Shown: in pieces, positions 1 through 12,252 of the stretch
Layout: each line of letters begins with the position of its first letter
Position numbering within the stretch: the stretch's first letter is position 1
Notes under the pieces: generated by a model
Told to the model about the DNA's origin: nothing
The model's database searches: none
Seen by the model: the letters and a program-made list of their open reading frames with translations, nothing else
Assembly: GCF_009914755.1 (NCBI RefSeq)
Contig: NC_060938.1
Direction: 5' to 3' (one strand)
DNA from: the human T2T-CHM13v2.0 reference genome, Homo sapiens
Length of the DNA stretch: 64,000 bases
Translations under genes and position numbers: made by a program

Positions 1-181
1 GGGAAGATATTTGCTTTTTCCCCGTAGGCCTCAGGGCGCTCCAAATGTCCACTTGCACATGCTACAAAAAGAGTGCTTCAAAGCTGCTCTCTGAAAGGGA
101 ATGTTCAACTCTATGAGTTGAATGCAAACATCACAAAGACGTTTCTGAGAATGCTTCTGTCTAGATTTGATATGAAGATAT

Positions 182-198
182 TCCCGTTTCCAACGAAA
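182..198 (-). other. CENP-B box 1 of the HOR (repeated in every copy)
   Basis: Plus strand TCCCGTTTCCAACGAAA is TTTCGTTGGAAACGGGA on the minus strand, matching the core NTTCGNNNNANNCGGGN. Confidence 0.95.
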
Positions 199-515
199 TC
201 TTCAAATCTATCCAAATGTCCACTTGCAGATTCAACAAAAAGTGTTTTTCAGAACTGCTCTATCAAAAGAAAGATCCACCTCTGTTAGCTGAGTTCAGAC
301 ATCACAAACAAGTTTATGAGAATGCTTCTGTCTAGTTTTTATTTGAAGATATTTCCTTTCTCACCATAGACCTGAAAGCTGTCCTAATGTTCACTTCCAG
401 TTACTACAGAGTGTTTCAAAACTGCTGTACGAAAGGGAATGTTCAACTCTGTGACTTGAATGCACACATCACAAAGAAGTTTCTGAGGATGCTGCTGTCT
501 ACTTTTTATACTTAA

Positions 516-532
516 TCCCGTTTCCAACGAAA
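516..532 (-). other. CENP-B box 2 of the HOR (repeated in every copy), next to a fixed 4-bp-shorter diverged flank
   Basis: TCCCGTTTCCAACGAAA preceded by TTTTTATACTTAA instead of TTTTATATGAAGATAT. Confidence 0.95.
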
Positions 533-686
533 TCCTCCAAGCTATCCAAATATCCACTTGCAGATTCCACAGAAAGACTGTTTCAAAACTGCTCTGTCAA
601 TAGAAAGGTTCAACTCTGTTAGCTGCGTGCATATATCCCAAAGCAGATTCTGAGATTGCTTCTGTCTAGTTTTTATGGGAAGATAT

Positions 687-703
687 TTCCCTTTTCACCG
701 TAG
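687..703 (+). other. pJ-alpha (A-box) motif of an A-type monomer; equivalents at 11-27, 353-369 and 1029-1045
   Basis: TTCCCTTTTCACCGTAG resembles the pJ-alpha consensus TTCCTTTTYCACCRTAG. It lies exactly 171 bp before CENP-B box 3, at the homologous position of the alternate monomer. Confidence 0.8.
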
Positions 704-857
704 GCGTCAAGGCGCTCCAAATGTCCACTTCCAGATACTACAAAAAGAGTGTTTCAAACCTACTCTGTGAAAGGGAATATTCAACTCTGTGACTTGAATG
801 CACATATCACAAGGAAGTTTCTGAGAATGCTTCTGTCGAGATTTTATATGAAGATAT

Positions 858-874
858 TCCCGTTTCCAACGAAA
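858..874 (-). other. CENP-B box 3 of the HOR (repeated in every copy)
   Basis: TCCCGTTTCCAACGAAA, 342 bp after box 2. Confidence 0.95.
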
Positions 875-1199
875 TCCTGAAATCTATCCAAATATCCCCT
901 CGCAGATTCTACAAAAAGAGTGTTTCAAAACTGCTCTTTAAAAAGAAAGGTTCAACTCTGTTAGTTGAGTACACACATCACAAACAAGTTTCACAGAATG
1001 CTTCTTTCTAGCTTGTAGGGGAAGATATTCCCTTTATCACCATGGGCCTCAAACCGTCCGATAAGTCCACTTCCATATACTACAAAAAGAGCGTTTCAAA
1101 CCTGCTCTATGAAAGGCAACGTTCAACTCTGTGACTTGAATGCAGACATCACAGAGCAGTTTCTGAGAATGCTTCTGTCTAGATTTTATAGGAAGATAT

Positions 1200-1216
1200 T
1201 CCCGTTTCCAACGAAA
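1200..1216 (-). other. CENP-B box 4 of the HOR (repeated in every copy)
   Basis: TCCCGTTTCCAACGAAA, 342 bp after box 3 and 342 bp before the next box at 1542. Confidence 0.95.
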
Positions 1217-1360
1217 TCTTCACAGCTATCCAAATATCCACTTGCAGATTCTACAAAAAGAGTGTATCAAAACTGCTCTGTCAAAAGGAAGGTTCTTCTC
1301 TGTTAGGTGAGTGCATACGTCATAAAGGAGTTTCTGAGAATGTTTCTGTCTAGTGGTTAT

Positions 1361-2724
1361 GGGAAGATATTTGCTTTTTCCCCGTAGGCCTCAGGGCGCT
1401 CCAAATGTCCACTTGCACATGCTACAAAAAGAGTGCTTCAAAGCTGCTCTCTGAAAGGGAATGTTCAACTCTATGAGTTGAATGCAAACATCACAAAGAC
1501 GTTTCTGAGAATGCTTCTGTCTAGATTTGATATGAAGATATTCCCGTTTCCAACGAAATCTTCAAATCTATCCAAATGTCCACTTGCAGATTCAACAAAA
1601 AGTGTTTTTCAGAACTGCTCTATCAAAAGAAAGATCCACCTCTGTTAGCTGAGTTCAGACATCACAAACAAGTTTATGAGAATGCTTCTGTCTAGTTTTT
1701 ATTTGAAGATATTTCCTTTCTCACCATAGACCTGAAAGCTGTCCTAATGTTCACTTCCAGTTACTACAGAAAGAGTATTTCAAAACTGCTGTACGAAAGG
1801 GAATGTTCAACTCTGTGACTTGAATGCACACATCACAAAGAAGTTTCTGAGGATGCTGCTGTCTACTTTTTATACTTAATCCCGTTTCCAACGAAATCCT
1901 CCAAGCTATCCAAATATCCACTTGCAGATTCCACAGAAAGACTGTTTCAAAACTGCTCTGTCAATAGAAAGGTTCAACTCTGTTAGCTGCGTGCATATAT
2001 CCCAAAGCAGATTCTGAGATTGCTTCTGTCTAGTTTTTATGGGAAGATATTTCCCTTTTCACCGTAGGCGTCAAGGCGCTCCAAATGTCCACTTCCAGAT
2101 ACTACAAAAAGAGTGTTTCAAACCTACTCTGTGAAAGGGAATATTCAACTCTGTGACTTGAATGCACATATCACAAGGAAGTTTCTGAGAATGCTTCTGT
2201 CGAGATTTTATATGAAGATATTCCCGTTTCCAACGAAATCCTGAAATCTATCCAAATATCCCCTCGCAGATTCTACAAAAAGAGTGTTTCAAAACTGCTC
2301 TTTAAAAAGAAAGGTTCAACTCTGTTAGTTGAGTACACACATCACAAACAAGTTTCACAGAATGCTTCTTTCTAGCTTGTAGGGGAAGATATTCCCTTTA
2401 TCACCATGGGCCTCAAACCGTCCGATAAGTCCACTTCCATATACTACAAAAAGAGCGTTTCAAACCTGCTCTATGAAAGGCAACGTTCAACTCTGTGACT
2501 TGAATGCAGACATCACAGAGCAGTTTCTGAGAATGCTTCTGTCTAGATTTTATAGGAAGATATTCCCGTTTCCAACGAAATCTTCACAGCTATCCAAATA
2601 TCCACTTGCAGATTCTACAAAAAGAGTGTATCAAAACTGCTCTGTCAAAAGGAAGGTTCTTCTCTGTTAGGTGAGTGCATACGTCATAAAGGAGTTTCTG
2701 AGAATGTTTCTGTCTAGTGGTTAT
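1361..2724 (-). repeat. Representative long HOR copy (1364 bp). 26 of 47 copies are this type
   Basis: Reads TACTACAGAAAGAGTATTT, with an extra AAGA at 1771-1774. ORF spacing 1433 to 2797 is 1364 bp. Confidence 0.95.
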
Positions 2725-5700
2725 GGGAAGATATTTGCTTTTTCCCCGTAGGCCTCAGGGCGCTCCAAATGTCCACTTGCACATGCTACAAAAAGAGTGC
2801 TTCAAAGCTGCTCTCTGAAAGGGAATGTTCAACTCTATGAGTTGAATGCAAACATCACAAAGACGTTTCTGAGAATGCTTCTGTCTAGATTTGATATGAA
2901 GATATTCCCGTTTCCAACGAAATCTTCAAATCTATCCAAATGTCCACTTGCAGATTCAACAAAAAGTGTTTTTCAGAACTGCTCTATCAAAAGAAAGATC
3001 CACCTCTGTTAGCTGAGTTCAGACATCACAAACAAGTTTATGAGAATGCTTCTGTCTAGTTTTTATTTGAAGATATTTCCTTTCTCACCATAGACCTGAA
3101 AGCTGTCCTAATGTTCACTTCCAGTTACTACAGAGTGTTTCAAAACTGCTGTACGAAAGGGAATGTTCAACTCTGTGACTTGAATGCACACATCACAAAG
3201 AAGTTTCTGAGGATGCTGCTGTCTACTTTTTATACTTAATCCCGTTTCCAACGAAATCCTCCAAGCTATCCAAATATCCACTTGCAGATTCCACAGAAAG
3301 ACTGTTTCAAAACTGCTCTGTCAATAGAAAGGTTCAACTCTGTTAGCTGCGTGCATATATCCCAAAGCAGATTCTGAGATTGCTTCTGTCTAGTTTTTAT
3401 GGGAAGATATTTCCCTTTTCACCGTAGGCGTCAAGGCGCTCCAAATGTCCACTTCCAGATACTACAAAAAGAGTGTTTCAAACCTACTCTGTGAAAGGGA
3501 ATATTCAACTCTGTGACTTGAATGCACATATCACAAGGAAGTTTCTGAGAATGCTTCTGTCGAGATTTTATATGAAGATATTCCCGTTTCCAACGAAATC
3601 CTGAAATCTATCCAAATATCCCCTCGCAGATTCTACAAAAAGAGTGTTTCAAAACTGCTCTTTAAAAAGAAAGGTTCAACTCTGTTAGTTGAGTACACAC
3701 ATCACAAACAAGTTTCACAGAATGCTTCTTTCTAGCTTGTAGGGGAAGATATTCCCTTTATCACCATGGGCCTCAAACCGTCCGATAAGTCCACTTCCAT
3801 ATACTACAAAAAGAGCGTTTCAAACCTGCTCTATGAAAGGCAACGTTCAACTCTGTGACTTGAATGCAGACATCACAGAGCAGTTTCTGAGAATGCTTCT
3901 GTCTAGATTTTATAGGAAGATATTCCCGTTTCCAACGAAATCTTCACAGCTATCCAAATATCCACTTGCAGATTCTACAAAAAGAGTGTATCAAAACTGC
4001 TCTGTCAAAAGGAAGGTTCTTCTCTGTTAGGTGAGTGCATACGTCATAAAGGAGTTTCTGAGAATGTTTCTGTCTAGTGGTTATGGGAAGATATTTGCTT
4101 TTTCCCCGTAGGCCTCAGGGCGCTCCAAATGTCCACTTGCACATGCTACAAAAAGAGTGCTTCAAAGCTGCTCTCTGAAAGGGAATGTTCAACTCTATGA
4201 GTTGAATGCAAACATCACAAAGACGTTTCTGAGAATGCTTCTGTCTAGATTTGATATGAAGATATTCCCGTTTCCAACGAAATCTTCAAATCTATCCAAA
4301 TGTCCACTTGCAGATTCAACAAAAAGTGTTTTTCAGAACTGCTCTATCAAAAGAAAGATCCACCTCTGTTAGCTGAGTTCAGACATCACAAACAAGTTTA
4401 TGAGAATGCTTCTGTCTAGTTTTTATTTGAAGATATTTCCTTTCTCACCATAGACCTGAAAGCTGTCCTAATGTTCACTTCCAGTTACTACAGAGTGTTT
4501 CAAAACTGCTGTACGAAAGGGAATGTTCAACTCTGTGACTTGAATGCACACATCACAAAGAAGTTTCTGAGGATGCTGCTGTCTACTTTTTATACTTAAT
4601 CCCGTTTCCAACGAAATCCTCCAAGCTATCCAAATATCCACTTGCAGATTCCACAGAAAGACTGTTTCAAAACTGCTCTGTCAATAGAAAGGTTCAACTC
4701 TGTTAGCTGCGTGCATATATCCCAAAGCAGATTCTGAGATTGCTTCTGTCTAGTTTTTATGGGAAGATATTTCCCTTTTCACCGTAGGCGTCAAGGCGCT
4801 CCAAATGTCCACTTCCAGATACTACAAAAAGAGTGTTTCAAACCTACTCTGTGAAAGGGAATATTCAACTCTGTGACTTGAATGCACATATCACAAGGAA
4901 GTTTCTGAGAATGCTTCTGTCGAGATTTTATATGAAGATATTCCCGTTTCCAACGAAATCCTGAAATCTATCCAAATATCCCCTCGCAGATTCTACAAAA
5001 AGAGTGTTTCAAAACTGCTCTTTAAAAAGAAAGGTTCAACTCTGTTAGTTGAGTACACACATCACAAACAAGTTTCACAGAATGCTTCTTTCTAGCTTGT
5101 AGGGGAAGATATTCCCTTTATCACCATGGGCCTCAAACCGTCCGATAAGTCCACTTCCATATACTACAAAAAGAGCGTTTCAAACCTGCTCTATGAAAGG
5201 CAACGTTCAACTCTGTGACTTGAATGCAGACATCACAGAGCAGTTTCTGAGAATGCTTCTGTCTAGATTTTATAGGAAGATATTCCCGTTTCCAACGAAA
5301 TCTTCACAGCTATCCAAATATCCACTTGCAGATTCTACAAAAAGAGTGTATCAAAACTGCTCTGTCAAAAGGAAGGTTCTTCTCTGTTAGGTGAGTGCAT
5401 ACGTCATAAAGGAGTTTCTGAGAATGTTTCTGTCTAGTGGTTATGGGAAGATATTTGCTTTTTCCCCGTAGGCCTCAGGGCGCTCCAAATGTCCACTTGC
5501 ACATGCTACAAAAAGAGTGCTTCAAAGCTGCTCTCTGAAAGGGAATGTTCAACTCTATGAGTTGAATGCAAACATCACAAAGACGTTTCTGAGAATGCTT
5601 CTGTCTAGATTTGATATGAAGATATTCCCGTTTCCAACGAAATCTTCAAATCTATCCAAATGTCCACTTGCAGATTCAACAAAAAGTGTTTTTCAGAACT

Positions 5701-8700
5701 GCTCTATCAAAAGAAAGATCCACCTCTGTTAGCTGAGTTCAGACATCACAAACAAGTTTATGAGAATGCTTCTGTCTAGTTTTTATTTGAAGATATTTCC
5801 TTTCTCACCATAGACCTGAAAGCTGTCCTAATGTTCACTTCCAGTTACTACAGAGTGTTTCAAAACTGCTGTACGAAAGGGAATGTTCAACTCTGTGACT
5901 TGAATGCACACATCACAAAGAAGTTTCTGAGGATGCTGCTGTCTACTTTTTATACTTAATCCCGTTTCCAACGAAATCCTCCAAGCTATCCAAATATCCA
6001 CTTGCAGATTCCACAGAAAGACTGTTTCAAAACTGCTCTGTCAATAGAAAGGTTCAACTCTGTTAGCTGCGTGCATATATCCCAAAGAAGATTCTGAGAT
6101 TGCTTCTGTCTAGTTTTTATGGGAAGATATTTCCCTTTTCACCGTAGGCGTCAAGGCGCTCCAAATGTCCACTTCCAGATACTACAAAAAGAGTGTTTCA
6201 AACCTACTCTGTGAAAGGGAATATTCAACTCTGTGACTTGAATGCACATATCACAAGGAAGTTTCTGAGAATGCTTCTGTCGAGATTTTATATGAAGATA
6301 TTCCCGTTTCCAACGAAATCCTGAAATCTATCCAAATATCCCCTCGCAGATTCTACAAAAAGAGTGTTTCAAAACTGCTCTTTAAAAAGAAAGGTTCAAC
6401 TCTGTTAGTTGAGTACACACATCACAAACAAGTTTCACAGAATGCTTCTTTCTAGCTTGTAGGGGAAGATATTCCCTTTATCACCATGGGCCTCAAACCG
6501 TCCGATAAGTCCACTTCCATATACTACAAAAAGAGCGTTTCAAACCTGCTCTATGAAAGGCAACGTTCAACTCTGTGACTTGAATGCAGACATCACAGAG
6601 CAGTTTCTGAGAATGCTTCTGTCTAGATTTTATAGGAAGATATTCCCGTTTCCAACGAAATCTTCACAGCTATCCAAATATCCACTTGCAGATTCTACAA
6701 AAAGAGTGTATCAAAACTGCTCTGTCAAAAGGAAGGTTCTTCTCTGTTAGGTGAGTGCATACGTCATAAAGGAGTTTCTGAGAATGTTTCTGTCTAGTGG
6801 TTATGGGAAGATATTTGCTTTTTCCCCGTAGGCCTCAGGGCGCTCCAAATGTCCACTTGCACATGCTACAAAAAGAGTGCTTCAAAGCTGCTCTCTGAAA
6901 GGGAATGTTCAACTCTATGAGTTGAATGCAAACATCACAAAGACGTTTCTGAGAATGCTTCTGTCTAGATTTGATATGAAGATATTCCCGTTTCCAACGA
7001 AATCTTCAAATCTATCCAAATGTCCACTTGCAGATTCAACAAAAAGTGTTTTTCAGAACTGCTCTATCAAAAGAAAGATCCACCTCTGTTAGCTGAGTTC
7101 AGACATCACAAACAAGTTTATGAGAATGCTTCTGTCTAGTTTTTATTTGAAGATATTTCCTTTCTCACCATAGACCTGAAAGCTGTCCTAATGTTCACTT
7201 CCAGTTACTACAGAGTGTTTCAAAACTGCTGTACGAAAGGGAATGTTCAACTCTGTGACTTGAATGCACACATCACAAAGAAGTTTCTGAGGATGCTGCT
7301 GTCTACTTTTTATACTTAATCCCGTTTCCAACGAAATCCTCCAAGCTATCCAAATATCCACTTGCAGATTCCACAGAAAGACTGTTTCAAAACTGCTCTG
7401 TCAATAGAAAGGTTCAACTCTGTTAGCTGCGTGCATATATCCCAAAGCAGATTCTGAGATTGCTTCTGTCTAGTTTTTATGGGAAGATATTTCCCTTTTC
7501 ACCGTAGGCGTCAAGGCGCTCCAAATGTCCACTTCCAGATACTACAAAAAGAGTGTTTCAAACCTACTCTGTGAAAGGGAATATTCAACTCTGTGACTTG
7601 AATGCACATATCACAAGGAAGTTTCTGAGAATGCTTCTGTCGAGATTTTATATGAAGATATTCCCGTTTCCAACGAAATCCTGAAATCTATCCAAATATC
7701 CCCTCGCAGATTCTACAAAAAGAGTGTTTCAAAACTGCTCTTTAAAAAGAAAGGTTCAACTCTGTTAGTTGAGTACACACATCACAAACAAGTTTCACAG
7801 AATGCTTCTTTCTAGCTTGTAGGGGAAGATATTCCCTTTATCACCATGGGCCTCAAACCGTCCGATAAGTCCACTTCCATATACTACAAAAAGAGCGTTT
7901 CAAACCTGCTCTATGAAAGGCAACGTTCAACTCTGTGACTTGAATGCAGACATCACAGAGCAGTTTCTGAGAATGCTTCTGTCTAGATTTTATAGGAAGA
8001 TATTCCCGTTTCCAACGAAATCTTCACAGCTATCCAAATATCCACTTGCAGATTCTACAAAAAGAGTGTATCAAAACTGCTCTGTCAAAAGGAAGGTTCT
8101 TCTCTGTTAGGTGAGTGCATACGTCATAAAGGAGTTTCTGAGAATGTTTCTGTCTAGTGGTTATGGGAAGATATTTGCTTTTTCCCCGTAGGCCTCAGGG
8201 CGCTCCAAATGTCCACTTGCACATGCTACAAAAAGAGTGCTTCAAAGCTGCTCTCTGAAAGGGAATGTTCAACTCTATGAGTTGAATGCAAACATCACAA
8301 AGACGTTTCTGAGAATGCTTCTGTCTAGATTTGATATGAAGATATTCCCGTTTCCAACGAAATCTTCAAATCTATCCAAATGTCCACTTGCAGATTCAAC
8401 AAAAAGTGTTTTTCAGAACTGCTCTATCAAAAGAAAGATCCACCTCTGTTAGCTGAGTTCAGACATCACAAACAAGTTTATGAGAATGCTTCTGTCTAGT
8501 TTTTATTTGAAGATATTTCCTTTCTCACCATAGACCTGAAAGCTGTCCTAATGTTCACTTCCAGTTACTACAGAGTGTTTCAAAACTGCTGTACGAAAGG
8601 GAATGTTCAACTCTGTGACTTGAATGCACACATCACAAAGAAGTTTCTGAGGATGCTGCTGTCTACTTTTTATACTTAATCCCGTTTCCAACGAAATCCT

Positions 8701-10888
8701 CCAAGCTATCCAAATATCCACTTGCAGATTCCACAGAAAGACTGTTTCAAAACTGCTCTGTCAATAGAAAGGTTCAACTCTGTTAGCTGCGTGCATATAT
8801 CCCAAAGAAGATTCTGAGATTGCTTCTGTCTAGTTTTTATGGGAAGATATTTCCCTTTTCACCGTAGGCGTCAAGGCGCTCCAAATGTCCACTTCCAGAT
8901 ACTACAAAAAGAGTGTTTCAAACCTACTCTGTGAAAGGGAATATTCAACTCTGTGACTTGAATGCACATATCACAAGGAAGTTTCTGAGAATGCTTCTGT
9001 CGAGATTTTATATGAAGATATTCCCGTTTCCAACGAAATCCTGAAATCTATCCAAATATCCCCTCGCAGATTCTACAAAAAGAGTGTTTCAAAACTGCTC
9101 TTTAAAAAGAAAGGTTCAACTCTGTTAGTTGAGTACACACATCACAAACAAGTTTCACAGAATGCTTCTTTCTAGCTTGTAGGGGAAGATATTCCCTTTA
9201 TCACCATGGGCCTCAAACCGTCCGATAAGTCCACTTCCATATACTACAAAAAGAGCGTTTCAAACCTGCTCTATGAAAGGCAACGTTCAACTCTGTGACT
9301 TGAATGCAGACATCACAGAGCAGTTTCTGAGAATGCTTCTGTCTAGATTTTATAGGAAGATATTCCCGTTTCCAACGAAATCTTCACAGCTATCCAAATA
9401 TCCACTTGCAGATTCTACAAAAAGAGTGTATCAAAACTGCTCTGTCAAAAGGAAGGTTCTTCTCTGTTAGGTGAGTGCATACGTCATAAAGGAGTTTCTG
9501 AGAATGTTTCTGTCTAGTGGTTATGGGAAGATATTTGCTTTTTCCCCGTAGGCCTCAGGGCGCTCCAAATGTCCACTTGCACATGCTACAAAAAGAGTGC
9601 TTCAAAGCTGCTCTCTGAAAGGGAATGTTCAACTCTATGAGTTGAATGCAAACATCGCAAAGACGTTTCTGAGAATGCTTCTGTCTAGATTTGATATGAA
9701 GATATTCCCGTTTCCAACGAAATCTTCAAATCTATCCAAATGTCCACTTGCAGATTCAACAAAAAGTGTTTTTCAGAACTGCTCTATCAAAAGAAAGATC
9801 CACCTCTGTTAGCTGAGTTCAGACATCACAAACAAGTTTATGAGAATGCTTCTGTCTAGTTTTTATTTGAAGATATTTCCTTTCTCACCATAGACCTGAA
9901 AGCTGTCCTAATGTTCACTTCCAGTTACTACAGAAAGAGTATTTCAAAACTGCTGTACGAAAGGGAATGTTCAACTCTGTGACTTGAATGCACACATCAC
10001 AAAGAAGTTTCTGAGGATGCTGCTGTCTACTTTTTATACTTAATCCCGTTTCCAACGAAATCCTCCAAGCTATCCAAATATCCACTTGCAGATTCCACAG
10101 AAAGACTGTTTCAAAACTGCTCTGTCAATAGAAAGGTTCAACTCTGTTAGCTGCGTGCATATATCCCAAAGCAGATTCTGAGATTGCTTCTGTCTAGTTT
10201 TTATGGGAAGATATTTCCCTTTTCACCGTAGGCGTCAAGGCGCTCCAAATGTCCACTTCCAGATACTACAAAAAGAGTGTTTCAAACCTACTCTGTGAAA
10301 GGGAATATTCAACTCTGTGACTTGAATGCACATATCACAAGGAAGTTTCTGAGAATGCTTCTGTCGAGATTTTATATGAAGATATTCCCGTTTCCAACGA
10401 AATCCTGAAATCTATCCAAATATCCCCTCGCAGATTCTACAAAAAGAGTGTTTCAAAACTGCTCTGTAAAAAGAAAGGTTCAACTCTGTTAGTTGAGTAC
10501 ACACATCACAAACAAGTTTCACAGAATGCTTCTTTCTAGCTTGTAGGGGAAGATATTCCCTTTATCACCATGGGCCTCAAACCGTCCGATAAGTCCACTT
10601 CCATATACTACAAAAAGAGCGTTTCAAACCTGCTCTATGAAAGGCAACGTTCAACTCTGTGACTTGAATGCAGACATCACAGAGCAGTTTCTGAGAATGC
10701 TTCTGTCTAGATTTTATAGGAAGATATTCCCGTTTCCAACGAAATCTTCACAGCTATCCAAATATCCACTTGCAGATTCTACAAAAAGAGTGTATCAAAA
10801 CTGCTCTGTCAAAAGGAAGGTTCTTCTCTGTTAGGTGAGTGCATACGTCATAAAGGAGTTTCTGAGAATGTTTCTGTCTAGTGGTTAT

Positions 10889-12252
10889 GGGAAGATATTT
10901 GCTTTTTCCCCGTAGGCCTCAGAGCGCTCCAAATATCCACTTGCACATACTACAAAAAGAGTGCCTCAAAGCTGCTCTCTGAAACGGAATGTTCAACTCT
11001 ATGAGTTGAATGCAAACATCGCAAAGACGTTTCTGAGAATGCTTCTGTCTAGATTTGATATGAAGATATTCCCGTTTCCAACGAAATCTTCAAATCTATC
11101 CAAATGTCCACTTGCAGATTCAACAAAAAGTGTTTTTCAGAACTGCTCTATCAAAAGAAAGATCCACCTCTGTTAGCTGAGTTCACACATCACAAACAAG
11201 TTTATGAGAATGCTTCTGTCTAGTTTTTATTTGAAGATATTTCCTTTCTCACCATAGAGCTGAAAGCTGTCCTAATGTTCACTTCCAGATACTACAGAAA
11301 GAGTGTTTCAAAACTGCTGTACGAAAGGGAATGTTCAACTCTGTGACTTGAATGCACACATCACAAAGAAGTTTCTGAGGATGCTGCTGTCTACTTTTTA
11401 TACGTAATCCCGTTTCCAACGAAATCCTCCAAGCTATCCAAATATCCACTTGCAGATTCCACAGAAAGACTGTTTCAAAACTGCTCTGTCAATAGAAAGG
11501 TTCAACTCTGTTAGCTGCGTGCATATATCCCAAAGAAGATTCTGAGATTGCTTCTGTCTAGTTTTTATGGGAAGATATTTCCCTTTTCACCGTAGGTGTC
11601 AAGGCGCTCCAAATGTCCACTTCCAGATACTACAAAAAGAGTGTTTCAAACCTACTCTGTGAAAGGGAATATTCAACTCTGTGACTTGAATGCACATATC
11701 ACAAAGAAGTTTCTGAGAATGCTTCTGTCGAGATTTTATATGAAGATATTCCCGTTTCCAACGAAATGCTGAAATCTATCCAAATATCCCCTCGCAGATT
11801 CTACAAAAAGAGTGTTTCAAAACTGCTCTGTGAAAAGAAAGGTTCAATTCTGTTAGTTGAGTACACACATCACAAACAAGTTTCACAGAATGCTTCTTTC
11901 TAGCTTGTAGGGGAAGATATTCCCTTTATCACCATGGGCCTCAAACCGTCCGAAAAGTCCACTTCCATATACTACAAAAAGAGCGTTTCAAACCTGCTCT
12001 ATGAAAGGCAATGTTCAACTCTGTGACTTGAATGCAGACATCACAGAGCAGTTTCTGAGAATGCTTCTGTCTAGATTTTATAGGAAGATATTCCCGTTTC
12101 CAACGAAATCTTCACAGCTATCCAAATATCCACTTGCAGATTCTACAAAAAGAGTGTATCAAAACTGCTCTGTCAAAAGGAAGGTTCTTCTCTGTTAGGT
12201 GAGTGCATACGTCATAAAGGAGTTTCTGAGAATGTTTCTGTCTAGTGGTTAT
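10889..12252 (-). repeat. Minority divergent HOR haplotype, copy 1 (HOR 9)
   Basis: Linked SNVs at 10923A, 10935A, 10949A, 10965C, 10985C, 11186C, 11259G, 11289A, 11404G, 11705A, 11768G, 11832G and 11954A. Appears in the ORF track as MPQSCSLKR. Confidence 0.9.

Larger units (their letters stand above)
1..1360 (-). repeat. Representative short HOR copy (1360 bp; 4-bp deletion after position 410). 21 of 47 copies are this type
   Basis: GGGAAGATATTTGCTTTTTCCCCG recurs at 1361. The copy reads TACTACAGAGTGTTT at 402-416. The unit phase is arbitrary, set by the window start. Confidence 0.95.

Noticed and set aside
73-288. 71-aa ORF repeated in every HOR (MLQSCSLKG...)
   Set aside because: Chance open frame in alpha satellite with a GTG start and no recognisable domain. 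It recurs only because the DNA is tandemly repeated, and is useful only as an SNV marker.
1109-1306. 65-aa ORF repeated in every HOR (MKGNVQLCD...)
   Set aside because: Paralogous frame of the same alphoid dimer, with no gene structure or coding evidence. Its similarity to the 71-aa ORF just reflects monomer homology.
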